DNA of 64,000 nucleotides from Candidatus Magasanikiibacteriota bacterium (GCA_030650025.1 JAUSEN010000029.1:287-64286), one strand, 5' to 3'; positions 7,184-16,366 are shown, counted from the stretch's first letter. The notes: generated from the sequence alone by a model not told the origin. Translations and numbers: made by a program.

Positions 7184-7741
7184 ATGGCAGAAACAAAAAG
7201 GCGAGCGGTGGTATTATTTGACGGTAGCAATTTTTATTATAAAATGCGTGATCTTAAGATTGGTAATTTAAGCAATTTTGATTATCGTGGTTTATCCGAG
7301 TGGTTAGCGCGGGATAGGGAATTGGTAGCAGTTGGGTATTACATCGGAGTGGTGCGGGCGCAATTGAACGACGTAAAAGGGCAAAAATTACGTTGGGCGC
7401 AAAGAAATTTGTTTAATCGCTTGAATGCTCAAAAGGTTGATGTCCATAAAGGTTATTTAATGAAAAATGATGGCGTGTATCACGAGAAAGGCGTGGATGT
7501 TAAAATCGCGACGGATTTATTGGTGGGCGCTTATGAAAATTTGTATGACGACGCGATCGTAATTTCCTCGGATACGGATTTAATACCGGCGTTTAGCAAA
7601 GTAAAACAGCTTGGCAAGGGCGTAGAGTACATCGGCTTTGGTCATCAGCCCACCCTGGCGTTGCAGAAGTTTTCCACGATCTCACGCCTGTTAGTTTTGG
7701 ACGAGTTAAAGAAGTTTTGTACAGAAGAAAATAAAAAATGA
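7184..7741 (+). CDS. NYN domain (LabA/DUF88) putative ribonuclease
   Basis: VLFDGSNFY...EKGVDVKIATDLL...ISSDTDLIPA...GKGVEYIG. ATG at 7184. Confidence 0.92.
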   Translation: MAETKRRAVVLFDGSNFYYKMRDLKIGNLSNFDYRGLSEWLARDRELVAVGYYIGVVRAQLNDVKGQKLRWAQRNLFNRLNAQKVDVHKGYLMKNDGVYHEKGVDVKIATDLLVGAYENLYDDAIVISSDTDLIPAFSKVKQLGKGVEYIGFGHQPTLALQKFSTISRLLVLDELKKFCTEENKK

Positions 7742-7771
7742 TTTTTGTTAATTACTAATCTTTCACACACT

Positions 7772-7852
7772 ATGTCCAAAGTATTAGGCATTGACCTCGG
7801 CCCGCCTGCGCTCGCGAGAGCTACGGCGAGGCGAAGCACAACTAATTCTTAA
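7772..7852 (+). pseudogene. dnaK: dnaK 5' stub 2 carrying an in-frame 36-bp insertion
   Basis: Encodes [10 protein letters not shown]-[PPALARATARRS]-TTNS*. Confidence 0.9.
7802..7837. repeat. 36-bp REP/MITE-like palindromic insertion
   Basis: CCGCCTGCGCTCGCGAGAGCTACGGCGAGGCGAAGC interrupts GGC|ACA of the dnaK stub. Internal hairpin GCTC-GCGA-GAGC; a GC dinucleotide occurs at both junctions. Confidence 0.7.
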
Positions 7853-7881
7853 TTTATTTACTTTTAATTTATTACAAAATT

Positions 7882-9795
7882 ATGTCTAAAGTTCTGGGTA
7901 TAGATTTGGGAACAACAAACTCCTGCATGGCCATTATTGAGGGTGGCACGCCCAAGGTGTTAGAAAATAAAGAAGGGGCGCGCACCACGCCCTCTATTGT
8001 CGCGATTTCAAAAGCCGGCGAGCGGTTGGTGGGGCTCTTGGCCAAGCGCCAGGCGGTAACTAATCCGGAAAATACGCTGTTTTCCATCAAGCGTTTAATC
8101 GGCCGCAAATGGGAAGATTCCGAAGTCCAGCGCGACCTTAAGCTGATGCCGTACAAAATCGTCAAAAGCGGGGAAGGCGTTAAAATTTCTATGGGTGGCA
8201 AAGAACACACTCCCGAAGAAATTTCGGCGATGATACTCGGCAAAATGAAAGCCGATGCCGAAGAGCGTTTGGGCGAACCAATTACCGATGCCGTAATTAC
8301 CGTGCCGGCGTATTTTGACGATGCCCAGCGCCAGGCCACCAAAAATGCCGGGGAAATCGCGGGTTTAAACGTACTGCGCATTATCAACGAACCGACCGCG
8401 GCCGCGCTGGCCTACGGGTTTGATAAAAAGAAAGACGAAAAAATTGTGGTCTACGATCTCGGGGGCGGTACGTTTGACGTATCGGTTTTGGAAGTAAGCG
8501 CGGATTCAGTTCAAGTTTTATCTACCAATGGCGACACCCACCTCGGCGGCGATGACTTTGACCAAATCTTAATTCGTTGGATAATTGATGAGTTTAAACG
8601 CCAAGAAGGGATTGATCTCGGCAATGATAAACTCTCCTTGCAACGCATTAAAGAAGCGGCTGAGAAAGCCAAAATAGAACTCTCCACCGCGCAAGAGAGT
8701 GAAATCAATCAGCCGTTTATCACTTCGGATGCTAACGGCCCCAAACACTTGGTGATGAAATTGACGCGCGCCAAGCTGGAAGAATTGGTGGGCGGACTGG
8801 TAGAAAAAACTTTTGGCCCGGTGAAACAAGCTTTGAGCGATGCCAAATTATCGTCTGCTGATATGAATGAAGTGGTAATGGTGGGCGGAATGACGCGTAT
8901 GCCCTTGGTACTCCAAAGCGTGGAAAAATTCTTCAATAAAAAACCAAACATTACCGTGAATCCGGACGAAGTGGTGGCGGTTGGCGCTGGAGTGCAGGGC
9001 GGCGTGTTAAAGGGCGATGTCAAAGACGTGCTCTTGCTGGACGTAACGCCGTTGTCTCTCGGCATTGAGACCATGGGCAGTGTGATGACCAAACTGATTG
9101 AGAAAAATACCACCATTCCAACTTCAAAATCTCAAGTATTCTCCACGGCCGCCGAAAATCAGCCGAGCGTGGAAATCCATGTTCTCCAAGGAGAAAGGCC
9201 CATGGCTCCGGATAACAAAACTCTCGGCCGGTTTATTCTGGACGGCATTCCGCCGGCCCCGCGCGGCGTGCCGCAAGTGGAAGTGAGTTTTGACATTGAC
9301 GCCAACGGCATCTTGAGTGTTAAGGCCAAAGACAAAGCCACCAGTAAAGAGCAGTCCATCCGCATTGAGGGCTCGAGCGGCCTCTCTAAAGAAGAAGTGG
9401 AGCGCATGAAAAAAGACGCCGAAGCCCATGCCGAAGAAGACAAGAAAAAGCAGGAGTTAATTGAGGCCAAGAATATCGCCGATACCATGGTGTATACTAC
9501 CGAAAAAATGATGAAAGACGTGGAGGAAAAGAAAATCACGTTGACTGATGATGAAAAGAAAAACGTTGCCGAGGGTCTGGTGTGGGTTAAAGACGTTAAA
9601 GACAAGGACGATTTAGAACTAATCAAAAAAGCTTCTGAAGCTTTGTCTAAATCCGCGCAAGCTGTTGGCATGAAGATGTACCAGGAAGAGCAGAAGAAGG
9701 GCCCAGCTAGCGGTGCCGCTGGCAGCCAGCCTGAAGGCGAAAAACCAAACGAAGGGCCAATTGAGGGTGAAGTGGTGGATGAGAAAAAATCTTAA
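7882..9795 (+). CDS. dnaK: Chaperone DnaK (Hsp70)
   Basis: [37 protein letters not shown]; full length 637 aa. Confidence 0.99.
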   Translation: MSKVLGIDLGTTNSCMAIIEGGTPKVLENKEGARTTPSIVAISKAGERLVGLLAKRQAVTNPENTLFSIKRLIGRKWEDSEVQRDLKLMPYKIVKSGEGVKISMGGKEHTPEEISAMILGKMKADAEERLGEPITDAVITVPAYFDDAQRQATKNAGEIAGLNVLRIINEPTAAALAYGFDKKKDEKIVVYDLGGGTFDVSVLEVSADSVQVLSTNGDTHLGGDDFDQILIRWIIDEFKRQEGIDLGNDKLSLQRIKEAAEKAKIELSTAQESEINQPFITSDANGPKHLVMKLTRAKLEELVGGLVEKTFGPVKQALSDAKLSSADMNEVVMVGGMTRMPLVLQSVEKFFNKKPNITVNPDEVVAVGAGVQGGVLKGDVKDVLLLDVTPLSLGIETMGSVMTKLIEKNTTIPTSKSQVFSTAAENQPSVEIHVLQGERPMAPDNKTLGRFILDGIPPAPRGVPQVEVSFDIDANGILSVKAKDKATSKEQSIRIEGSSGLSKEEVERMKKDAEAHAEEDKKKQELIEAKNIADTMVYTTEKMMKDVEEKKITLTDDEKKNVAEGLVWVKDVKDKDDLELIKKASEALSKSAQAVGMKMYQEEQKKGPASGAAGSQPEGEKPNEGPIEGEVVDEKKS

Positions 9796-9806
9796 ACCAC
9801 ACTATT

Positions 9807-10283
9807 ATGTCAGAAATATTTACTCCAGAACAAGAGACAAACGAGTTCCTGCAACGATTCCGGGCGTACATGATAAAAGTAATCGAGGAAACAAACAAAA
9901 CCGGGCCTGGCCATTTTGCGGAGATCAGCGACAGCAAGGAAGAGTATGTCAAGAAGTTTGGCCACAGCGAGATGACCGCAATTTTTTATCTGGCCGGAAT
10001 TTTGCGCGCCTTATCGGCCGACTCAATTGCGGCAACCGGCGTGCAGCATGTTGAGGTTTTAGTTCGGTCCGCCAGCCGCGGCGCGGATGGTTGTGAAAAA
10101 TTATTTGCGTCTTGGTATCGTACAGTGCTTACCCCTCTTACCCAGCTGGGCGATGGAAAAGGCGGATATCTGCCCTGGGAAAATTCGGAGAATCCAGAAG
10201 ATAGCATTTTATTTTTGGTGAACGAAGCCAAGCAGAGGTTGTTGCTAGATGAATTGCCAGAGACAAAAATTATTGAAAAATAA
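9807..10283 (+). CDS. Hypothetical protein between dnaK and dnaJ
   Basis: 158-aa ORF that fills the gap with operon-like spacing; no family recognised. Confidence 0.65.
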   Translation: MSEIFTPEQETNEFLQRFRAYMIKVIEETNKTGPGHFAEISDSKEEYVKKFGHSEMTAIFYLAGILRALSADSIAATGVQHVEVLVRSASRGADGCEKLFASWYRTVLTPLTQLGDGKGGYLPWENSENPEDSILFLVNEAKQRLLLDELPETKIIEK

Positions 10284-10298
10284 CAGACTGAATTTAAA

Positions 10299-11411
10299 AT
10301 GTCCAAAGATTATTATAAATTACTCGGCATAGACAAAAATGCCACCACTGACGAAATAAAAAAAGCCTTTAAAAGGCTGGCTCTTCAGTTTCATCCCGAC
10401 CGCCCGGGCGGAGACGAAAAAAAATTCAAAGAAATTAACGAGGCTTACCAAGTGTTAAGTAATTCGGATAAGCGCGCTAAATACGACCAATTTGGCTCGG
10501 ATTTTGAACAGCAAGGCGGCTTTGGCGGCGGGGCGGGCTGGGAAGATTTTATGCGCGCCGCGCGGGGCGGCCAGGGCGGTGGAAATTCCCACTTTGATTT
10601 TGGCGATTTGGACTTGGGCGATTTATTTGGCGGCGCCTTCGGCGGCGGGGCCGCCTCTGGTCGTCGCGGGCGACCTTCGGCGAGCCGAGGGCGGGATATC
10701 CAAGTTGATGTGGAAGTAGACTTTAAAGAAGCGGCGTTTGGCGTGGAGCGAGAGCTTAGTTTGCGTAAACAAAGCGCCTGCGATGTTTGCCGTGGACACG
10801 GGGGCGAACCAGGTAGCAAACTAGATACTTGTCCCACTTGTAAAGGCCAGGGCCAAGTAATGCAAGTCCAGCGGACATTTTTAGGCGCTATGCAGACTGT
10901 GGTCGCCTGTACGAATTGCGAAGGGCGCGGTCAGAAGCCAGAAAAAAAATGCAAACATTGTGGGGGGTCGGGAGTGCACGCTAAAAATACCAGCGTTAAA
11001 ATAAAAATCCCTGGCGGAATTGATAATGGTCAGGCTATTAAACTAACTGGCCACGGTGAAGCCGCGCCGCATAATGGAGGCGTCGGCGATTTATACGTGC
11101 GTGTCCATATTAGGCCCCATAAAAATTTTACGCGCGAGGGTTTTGATGTTCATAGCCATATTGAAATTAGTTTTGCCGAAGCGGTTTTGGGAGCGCATGT
11201 TAAAATCGAAACGATCGACGGCCCGGCCGAGTTAAAAATTCCCGAAGGCACCGAAGCCGGCCAAGTTATTCGGCTCAAAAATAAAGGCGTGCCGGAACTG
11301 GGGAGGCCTTCCGCGCGCGGCGACCACTATGTCCATGTTAAATTGCGCGTTCCCAAAAAATTGAGCAAAGCGGCGCGACAGGCGCTGGAAAATATTAAAA
11401 ACGAGCTTTAA
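10299..11411 (+). CDS. dnaJ: Chaperone DnaJ
   Basis: J-domain with HPD, G/F-rich region and four CxxCxGxG repeats. Confidence 0.98.
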   Translation: MSKDYYKLLGIDKNATTDEIKKAFKRLALQFHPDRPGGDEKKFKEINEAYQVLSNSDKRAKYDQFGSDFEQQGGFGGGAGWEDFMRAARGGQGGGNSHFDFGDLDLGDLFGGAFGGGAASGRRGRPSASRGRDIQVDVEVDFKEAAFGVERELSLRKQSACDVCRGHGGEPGSKLDTCPTCKGQGQVMQVQRTFLGAMQTVVACTNCEGRGQKPEKKCKHCGGSGVHAKNTSVKIKIPGGIDNGQAIKLTGHGEAAPHNGGVGDLYVRVHIRPHKNFTREGFDVHSHIEISFAEAVLGAHVKIETIDGPAELKIPEGTEAGQVIRLKNKGVPELGRPSARGDHYVHVKLRVPKKLSKAARQALENIKNEL

Positions 11412-11415
11412 CAAT

Positions 11416-12633
11416 ATGCGGAAGCAAATTTTTGGAGTTTTATTCTTAACAGTTTTTGGTCTAACATTTTTCTTATCCAGTACCGCCGCCGCGGTCGCGA
11501 GCGCCAATCAAATAAATTTTTCCAAAATAATTTCCGGCTTGCCGGCTCGCCTTAAATTGTATGACTCGGCCGTCATAGCCGGTTCAACGCGCGTTGTGAC
11601 GTATAAAGAAGCGCCGCTGTCTCCGGCCGTGGCCTATCGCGATAATATCAAAACTAGCCAATTGCTCGCCATTTGGAACCGTCTGCTAAAAAGTGGCTTA
11701 ACCAGGCGTTCTAAATTCACGGTTGAACAAAATGGCAGAGAGGTAATTTACCGCGTTAAATTAAGGCTCACTTCGGCGCAAGCCAATGAATTTATCAAAC
11801 TCTACTGGCCGTTTATAGATATCAACGGTTTGACGGCCGCCCAACTTAAAACTTTTAAGCCTAGAGTACGCGGCATTACTTATGCCGAGGTTCAGGTATT
11901 TATTTCTGGTGTAACTAGTTTGCCAACTGGCCTCAAACTGACATGGGTAGTACAGATGGACAAGAAAAAACCAGCGACAGTTCAAAAGGTATCATCATTT
12001 ATTAGTTATTTTAAATTTCCCCAGACTACGCCTCCACCGGCCGCCGCGCCTGCCGCCACCTTTTCAGCCACCACTTCCATTATTAATGTTTTAGCTCCTC
12101 TCAAACAAATCGTCTCGGAAAGCAAAGTAGCCTTTTCTACTACTTCTACTTTTAACAATACTTCTGTGCCCGAGTCTGACGCGCCTCCTCTTTCATCTGT
12201 CATTGTTCAGGCGCCCTCTGGCGCCATGAATTTTAGGGGTGAGGGTGGAGTTACCGCTTCACAAGTCGCGCACCTTGATTCCATTGTTAATCGCGATCAA
12301 CAACGCCTTAACGACCTTGAGGCCATTAAACAAGCCCTGCAATTTTTTTATAAAGATCAAAATTATTATCCTCAAGCCGTTAAAATCAAACTAGGTTCCG
12401 CCGGTTATGCCTGTCTTAATAGTGACGGCTTCAACCAGGCGGATTGCCCTTATCCATACCTTCTGGCCGTTCCCAAAGATCCTTTAGATAACTCGTTTAG
12501 CTATGAGTACAGCGTGGTTTATAATCAAAATAATCTGGCCACAGCGTACCTGGTTCTCGCTAAGCTAGAAGGCCAAACTGATTCTCTTTCCGGATCAATT
12601 AAACTTACTCCGAGTGGCGTAGTAAAAAACTAA
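11416..12633 (+). CDS. Secreted protein with C-terminal GspG/pilin-like domain
   Basis: Signal peptide and Ser/Thr/Pro linker, then RDQQRLNDLEAIKQALQFFYKDQNYYP...YLLAVPKDP, which resembles a pseudopilin globular domain. Confidence 0.6.
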   Translation: MRKQIFGVLFLTVFGLTFFLSSTAAAVASANQINFSKIISGLPARLKLYDSAVIAGSTRVVTYKEAPLSPAVAYRDNIKTSQLLAIWNRLLKSGLTRRSKFTVEQNGREVIYRVKLRLTSAQANEFIKLYWPFIDINGLTAAQLKTFKPRVRGITYAEVQVFISGVTSLPTGLKLTWVVQMDKKKPATVQKVSSFISYFKFPQTTPPPAAAPAATFSATTSIINVLAPLKQIVSESKVAFSTTSTFNNTSVPESDAPPLSSVIVQAPSGAMNFRGEGGVTASQVAHLDSIVNRDQQRLNDLEAIKQALQFFYKDQNYYPQAVKIKLGSAGYACLNSDGFNQADCPYPYLLAVPKDPLDNSFSYEYSVVYNQNNLATAYLVLAKLEGQTDSLSGSIKLTPSGVVKN

Positions 12634-12646
12634 TTTTGCGGAGCGT

Positions 12647-13171
12647 ATGGCCGGGAAATCCAAACAAGAGTTTGAGGATTTTTACAATCAACATTTTGAT
12701 AAAATTTATCGTTATGTTTATTTTCGGGTTGGCGCGAACCGCGCCTTAGCGGAAGATCTGGTCTCCGAAGTTTTTTTAAAGGCGCTTGAACATTTTGATT
12801 CTTACGACCCGGCTAGAGGCCAAAGCGCCTGGATTTTTACCATCGCTTCTAACCACCTAAAAAATTATTGGCGAGACCACAAACCCACGGAACCCTTGCC
12901 CGGTGAAGCTCTAAACGCAGGCGAAGAGGGGCACGCTCCCGATAAAGACTGGCTAAAGCCCGCCCTAGCCGCTTTAGAACAGCAGCTCACTCGGGCCGAG
13001 GTTACTAGTCTTGTCGCTCAGCTCGAGAGCCTGTCGGAACGCGAAATTGTAACTTTTCACTATATTTTAGGGTATAATTATAAAGAAATTGCCGATCAGA
13101 AGGGCATGAGCGAGTCCGCTGTCAAAGTGGCCGCGCACCGCGCTCTCAAGAAATTGCGGCAATTTATTTAA
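12647..13171 (+). CDS. ECF sigma-70 factor
   Basis: IYRYVYFRV...AEDLVSEVFLKA...WIFTIASN (region 2) and YKEIA...SESAVKVAAHRALKKLR (region 4). Confidence 0.93.
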   Translation: MAGKSKQEFEDFYNQHFDKIYRYVYFRVGANRALAEDLVSEVFLKALEHFDSYDPARGQSAWIFTIASNHLKNYWRDHKPTEPLPGEALNAGEEGHAPDKDWLKPALAALEQQLTRAEVTSLVAQLESLSEREIVTFHYILGYNYKEIADQKGMSESAVKVAAHRALKKLRQFI

Positions 13172-13175
13172 AAAT

Positions 13176-13802
13176 ATGCGCTTGATTCATTATAAATTTT
13201 GGAAAATTAGCCGCCATTTAAACGCCTCTAAATCGTTTAAATCTTCGCTTTGGAAAAAGCTCGAGGCGAATTTACCACAGGCTAACTTAATAGCCTATGC
13301 TTGGTTTGAACCGCCTTTTGTTCGCCGCTTAAGTGGCGTAGTAGCCGGGCTTGTTTTAGTTGCTACCAGCCTGACCAACGCTTACGCTTATGTGAGCCCG
13401 GAGGTGGCCGAAGGCGCCCTGCTCTACCCGCTTAAACAAGCTTGGGAAAAAGCCGAAGAAGCAACCAAAATAACTCCGGCCGCGGAAGCCCATTTTTATT
13501 TAAAGAAGCTGGCCCGCCGCGAAGCGGAAAGCGCTGTTTTAGAGCGTCGTCAGAAAAAAGCCACCAAAACCAAGGTTCAACTGGAGTTAATCGAACAACG
13601 TCTGGAAGTTGTTACCGAAAAGCTTGAGAAAGATTCTGACAATGCCAATCAAAAATTAGGCCATGATCTTCGTCAGCGCTTAATCAAGCGTCAAAAATTT
13701 TTGGAAACCAAGTTAAATAAGTTAAACAAAGCGCGATCTAAAAATTTCGTATCAGCCGTGCCCGCTACTCATAAAACTCTAGAAAAGAAACTTCCCGATT
13801 AG
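13176..13802 (+). CDS. Putative anti-sigma factor, DUF5667-like
   Basis: Follows the ECF gene; TM helix then EGALLYPLKQAWE motif and coiled coil. Confidence 0.7.
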   Translation: MRLIHYKFWKISRHLNASKSFKSSLWKKLEANLPQANLIAYAWFEPPFVRRLSGVVAGLVLVATSLTNAYAYVSPEVAEGALLYPLKQAWEKAEEATKITPAAEAHFYLKKLARREAESAVLERRQKKATKTKVQLELIEQRLEVVTEKLEKDSDNANQKLGHDLRQRLIKRQKFLETKLNKLNKARSKNFVSAVPATHKTLEKKLPD

Positions 13803-15544
13803 CGCACTATCGCGCCCTTGGCCGCGCCGCGGTCAGTCGCTGGCAAAACATTGCTAAGCGAAGCTCGGCTTAAAGAGAACTCTCGGCCCACGGCGTCATC
13901 CGTGCCGGTAAAAAACATGTCGCGCGCTAAAATCAAGCTACTGCCCGCCTGCTCGGGCGTTGGTATTACTTCCACTTCAAAATAAAGACCAGTGACGCTA
14001 TTGGCCAGAAGCTCATAGTGGCTCCAGCTCACGCGCTGGCTGGTAGTGTCAAATTTCAGAGGCGGTCCTAAAGTGATGCTTTGTTTACCGGTAAACCTTA
14101 CCCCTGAAGGTAAGGTGGCGGCAAACGCGGCGTCGCGAACTTTATTGGTGCTATTATAAATTTGTACCCAGATCCAGTATTTCGTGGCGCTTCCCACTTG
14201 GGGTGGTAAAGGGCCGCGACCCAGCTGGTCGCCCTCGTCAGTATAATACCGGCTCGCTACGGAGAGCTGAACATCGGTCGCTAGTTTTAAGCGCGCGGTG
14301 GTGCCGCCTTGGGCGAAGCGCTGGCCTGAAACTGCCGGCACGCCCGCCTCGATAACCGGAGAAATAACTAGCTCGGTACTGTCTGTTTGGCCGGGCAAAA
14401 AGTGATCAGCCAAATATATATTGATGTTAAAAATGTCGCTAGCTCCGGGTTCGGCAGTGGCCAAGCTTGTCTTGGCTTTACCATCGATAACGAGTTTGCC
14501 GTTCTCAATTTTTAAGTTGTTATTTTTGGCAGTAGCAAAGAGGTCGATTACTCCCGGCGTTGTTTCTAGAATTATTTTCGCGTTAGTTAAGTTAAACGGG
14601 CTGTTATTGCGCCAACTTAATTCTATTGGTAAAACCTGTTTTGGTTCGCCGTAGCTCGGCGGGTTAAGCCAGCGCGTAGCTACGCCTAAGTCTGGGTAAA
14701 TAATCTTAACCCGGGCAGTGGCGGGATTTTGTTTGATTGGATAGTTGTTTATTTCTATTACCGGGCTTACGGTTAAAATCAATTCATCGGGTTTAAGAGG
14801 CGTCATGAGCGAGCCGGTAATTTGTTTAGTTTCACCCGGCGCTAATGCCAAATTGTTCCAATCGGATAGTCGTTCGTTAAGGCCGCGCCAAGATTTTACC
14901 AGATTAATTCGCTCGATTTTATGTTCCGAATTATTTGTCAAGTTAAAAGTATAATTCAAAGCATTAGCCGCGAGCGAGCTGGAGGCTGTTAAAATTTGGC
15001 CGCTTAAAATACTTTCGGGAAGTTTCAGTAAATATGACCCCAGCTTTTGTTCGCGGCGGTCAGTTTTTTCTGGCACGTAAGATAGCGAAGCGATTATATT
15101 TTCTTCAGCGTTGAACTCTGTCCACAGCCAACCGTATAAATCCACGCGGCCGCCGGCCCCGGGTAAAACGTCCGGCAGAGCCACGGTATTTTGTTTAGAA
15201 AAGTACGATTCCGAAGATTGGGTGCGGTCAATCAAAAATCCTTTGGGGAGTCTTAAAGCGAGCGCGGCCTCTTGTAGTATGAACTTACTATTATTAACGT
15301 AGTCCACTGTGAGGTGGACAGCCTCGCCGCTTTTAATGCGGCCGTTTCCGAGAGATAGGGAGAGCGCAATTTGATTTTGTAAACCCGGCTTCCAAAAAAA
15401 TAAAAATATCGCCACCCCCAAAAGCGACACGGCGGCGGCTAAAAGCGCCATGTCAAATACAAACAATTGTTTGGCATGGCGATAAATGCCATGGTATCTT
15501 CGGTGATAATGACGGTTAAGGTGGGTGTTTATTTTTTTAAGCAT
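13799..15544 (-). CDS. Membrane-anchored beta-rich (Ig-like repeat) surface protein
   Basis: N-terminal TM helix and repeated beta-sandwich-like units; C-terminal GRGPLPPQVGSATKYWI. Confidence 0.75.
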   Translation of the reverse strand: MLKKINTHLNRHYHRRYHGIYRHAKQLFVFDMALLAAAVSLLGVAIFLFFWKPGLQNQIALSLSLGNGRIKSGEAVHLTVDYVNNSKFILQEAALALRLPKGFLIDRTQSSESYFSKQNTVALPDVLPGAGGRVDLYGWLWTEFNAEENIIASLSYVPEKTDRREQKLGSYLLKLPESILSGQILTASSSLAANALNYTFNLTNNSEHKIERINLVKSWRGLNERLSDWNNLALAPGETKQITGSLMTPLKPDELILTVSPVIEINNYPIKQNPATARVKIIYPDLGVATRWLNPPSYGEPKQVLPIELSWRNNSPFNLTNAKIILETTPGVIDLFATAKNNNLKIENGKLVIDGKAKTSLATAEPGASDIFNINIYLADHFLPGQTDSTELVISPVIEAGVPAVSGQRFAQGGTTARLKLATDVQLSVASRYYTDEGDQLGRGPLPPQVGSATKYWIWVQIYNSTNKVRDAAFAATLPSGVRFTGKQSITLGPPLKFDTTSQRVSWSHYELLANSVTGLYFEVEVIPTPEQAGSSLILARDMFFTGTDDAVGREFSLSRASLSNVLPATDRGAAKGAIVR

Positions 15545-15587
15545 ATTTTATCTTAACTTTACTTTTTCTGTCATTCTGAATACCTAT

Positions 15588-15617
15588 ATTATACTCGCTC
15601 TAAAAGCAAAATGTCAA
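15588..15617 (-). promoter_or_regulatory. Sigma70 promoter for 13799..15544
   Basis: Minus strand TTGACA, 18 bp spacer, TATAAT. Confidence 0.7.
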
Positions 15618-15645
15618 AAAACCCCAAGCCGTAGCCAAGGGGTTT
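15616..15645 (-). terminator. Intrinsic terminator of the HTH gene
   Basis: Minus strand AAACCCC-TTGGC-TACG-GCTT-GGGGTTTTTT, with a C(UACG)G loop and U-tract. Confidence 0.65.
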
Positions 15646-15693
15646 AAAACAATTAAGTTTAGTTATGTTAATTATCATTATTTCTTGATATTT

Positions 15694-16017
15694 TTATTCT
15701 GCAGGCACGGCTTTAGGTTTAGATAAAGATTTGGGGTTAGGGGAGTAGAGGGGGTTTTTAATCTTCCAGCGATCCACATACTGGCCAATTCCTCTTTTTG
15801 CCAGTTTGTTTCGTATCGTAATATTACGTTGCGACCATTTAATTAAGCTTTCAAAGTTAAGTTTATAGCGCCCTGATACCACTACATAAGTAACTTCTTG
15901 GGCTTTAATCGCGCGCCTGATAGTTTGGTTATTAACACCAAACAATCTGGCCGCTTCTGACACAGAAATTCTGATCATTTCCTTAGAATCTACGTTATTT
16001 TGTTGATTTTCGACCAT
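15694..16017 (-). CDS. Excisionase/MerR-like helix-turn-helix DNA-binding protein
   Basis: ISVSEAARLFGVNNQTIRRAIK...GRYKL fits HTH_17-type. Start could be 16017 or 16029. Confidence 0.8.
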   Translation of the reverse strand: MVENQQNNVDSKEMIRISVSEAARLFGVNNQTIRRAIKAQEVTYVVVSGRYKLNFESLIKWSQRNITIRNKLAKRGIGQYVDRWKIKNPLYSPNPKSLSKPKAVPAE

Positions 16018-16049
16018 ATTTAACCGCATTTAACTTTAATTATATATTT

Positions 16050-16259
16050 TTGTATACTGTAGTCTATACAATTATAGCAAAGTTAGATTAAAAAGTCAAG
16101 CCTTTCTAATAAAAGAGCTTATTAAAAATTTTATATTACTAAGTTTGTATACAACAATCTATACAAATTTAGTAATTTTTAGTGATTATTTACCTAAATT
16201 TGGCTAAGAATAAGCTTAAATGAACAAAGTATTTAATTTGTATACACTAATCTATACAA
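16050..16259. repeat. Three 22-bp palindromic boxes TTGTATAC-N5-TCTATACAA
   Basis: Copies at 16050-16071, 16145-16166 and 16238-16259; start-to-start spacing 95 and 93 bp. Confidence 0.9.
16071..16099 (-). promoter_or_regulatory. Sigma70 promoter of the HTH gene
   Basis: Minus strand TTGACT, 17 bp spacer, TATAAT, with extended TG; the start site falls inside palindrome 1. Confidence 0.75.
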
Positions 16260-16337
16260 AACTACGACTTACGTCGGGGTTCGGAATGGCAGATTAATTA
16301 TGCGTGAGGTATATAGCATGTCACTTTATCCACACTA

Positions 16338-16366
16338 TTGAAAATTTAGCTAATTTATGGTAGAAT
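16338..16366 (+). promoter_or_regulatory. Sigma70-type promoter upstream of the second ECF gene
   Basis: TTGAAA, 17 bp spacer, TAGAAT, with extended TG. Confidence 0.55.

Noticed and set aside
7872-9671. Long antisense ORFs opposite dnaK
   Set aside because: Well-known shadow frames of hsp70 genes caused by codon bias.
15694-16017. Prophage or ICE excisionase
   Set aside because: No integrase or phage genes nearby; flanks look like host envelope and regulatory genes.
16050-16259. Three spaced repeats as a CRISPR array
   Set aside because: Variable 5-bp centre, 71-73 bp AT-rich gaps containing a promoter, and no cas genes; fits operator sites better.
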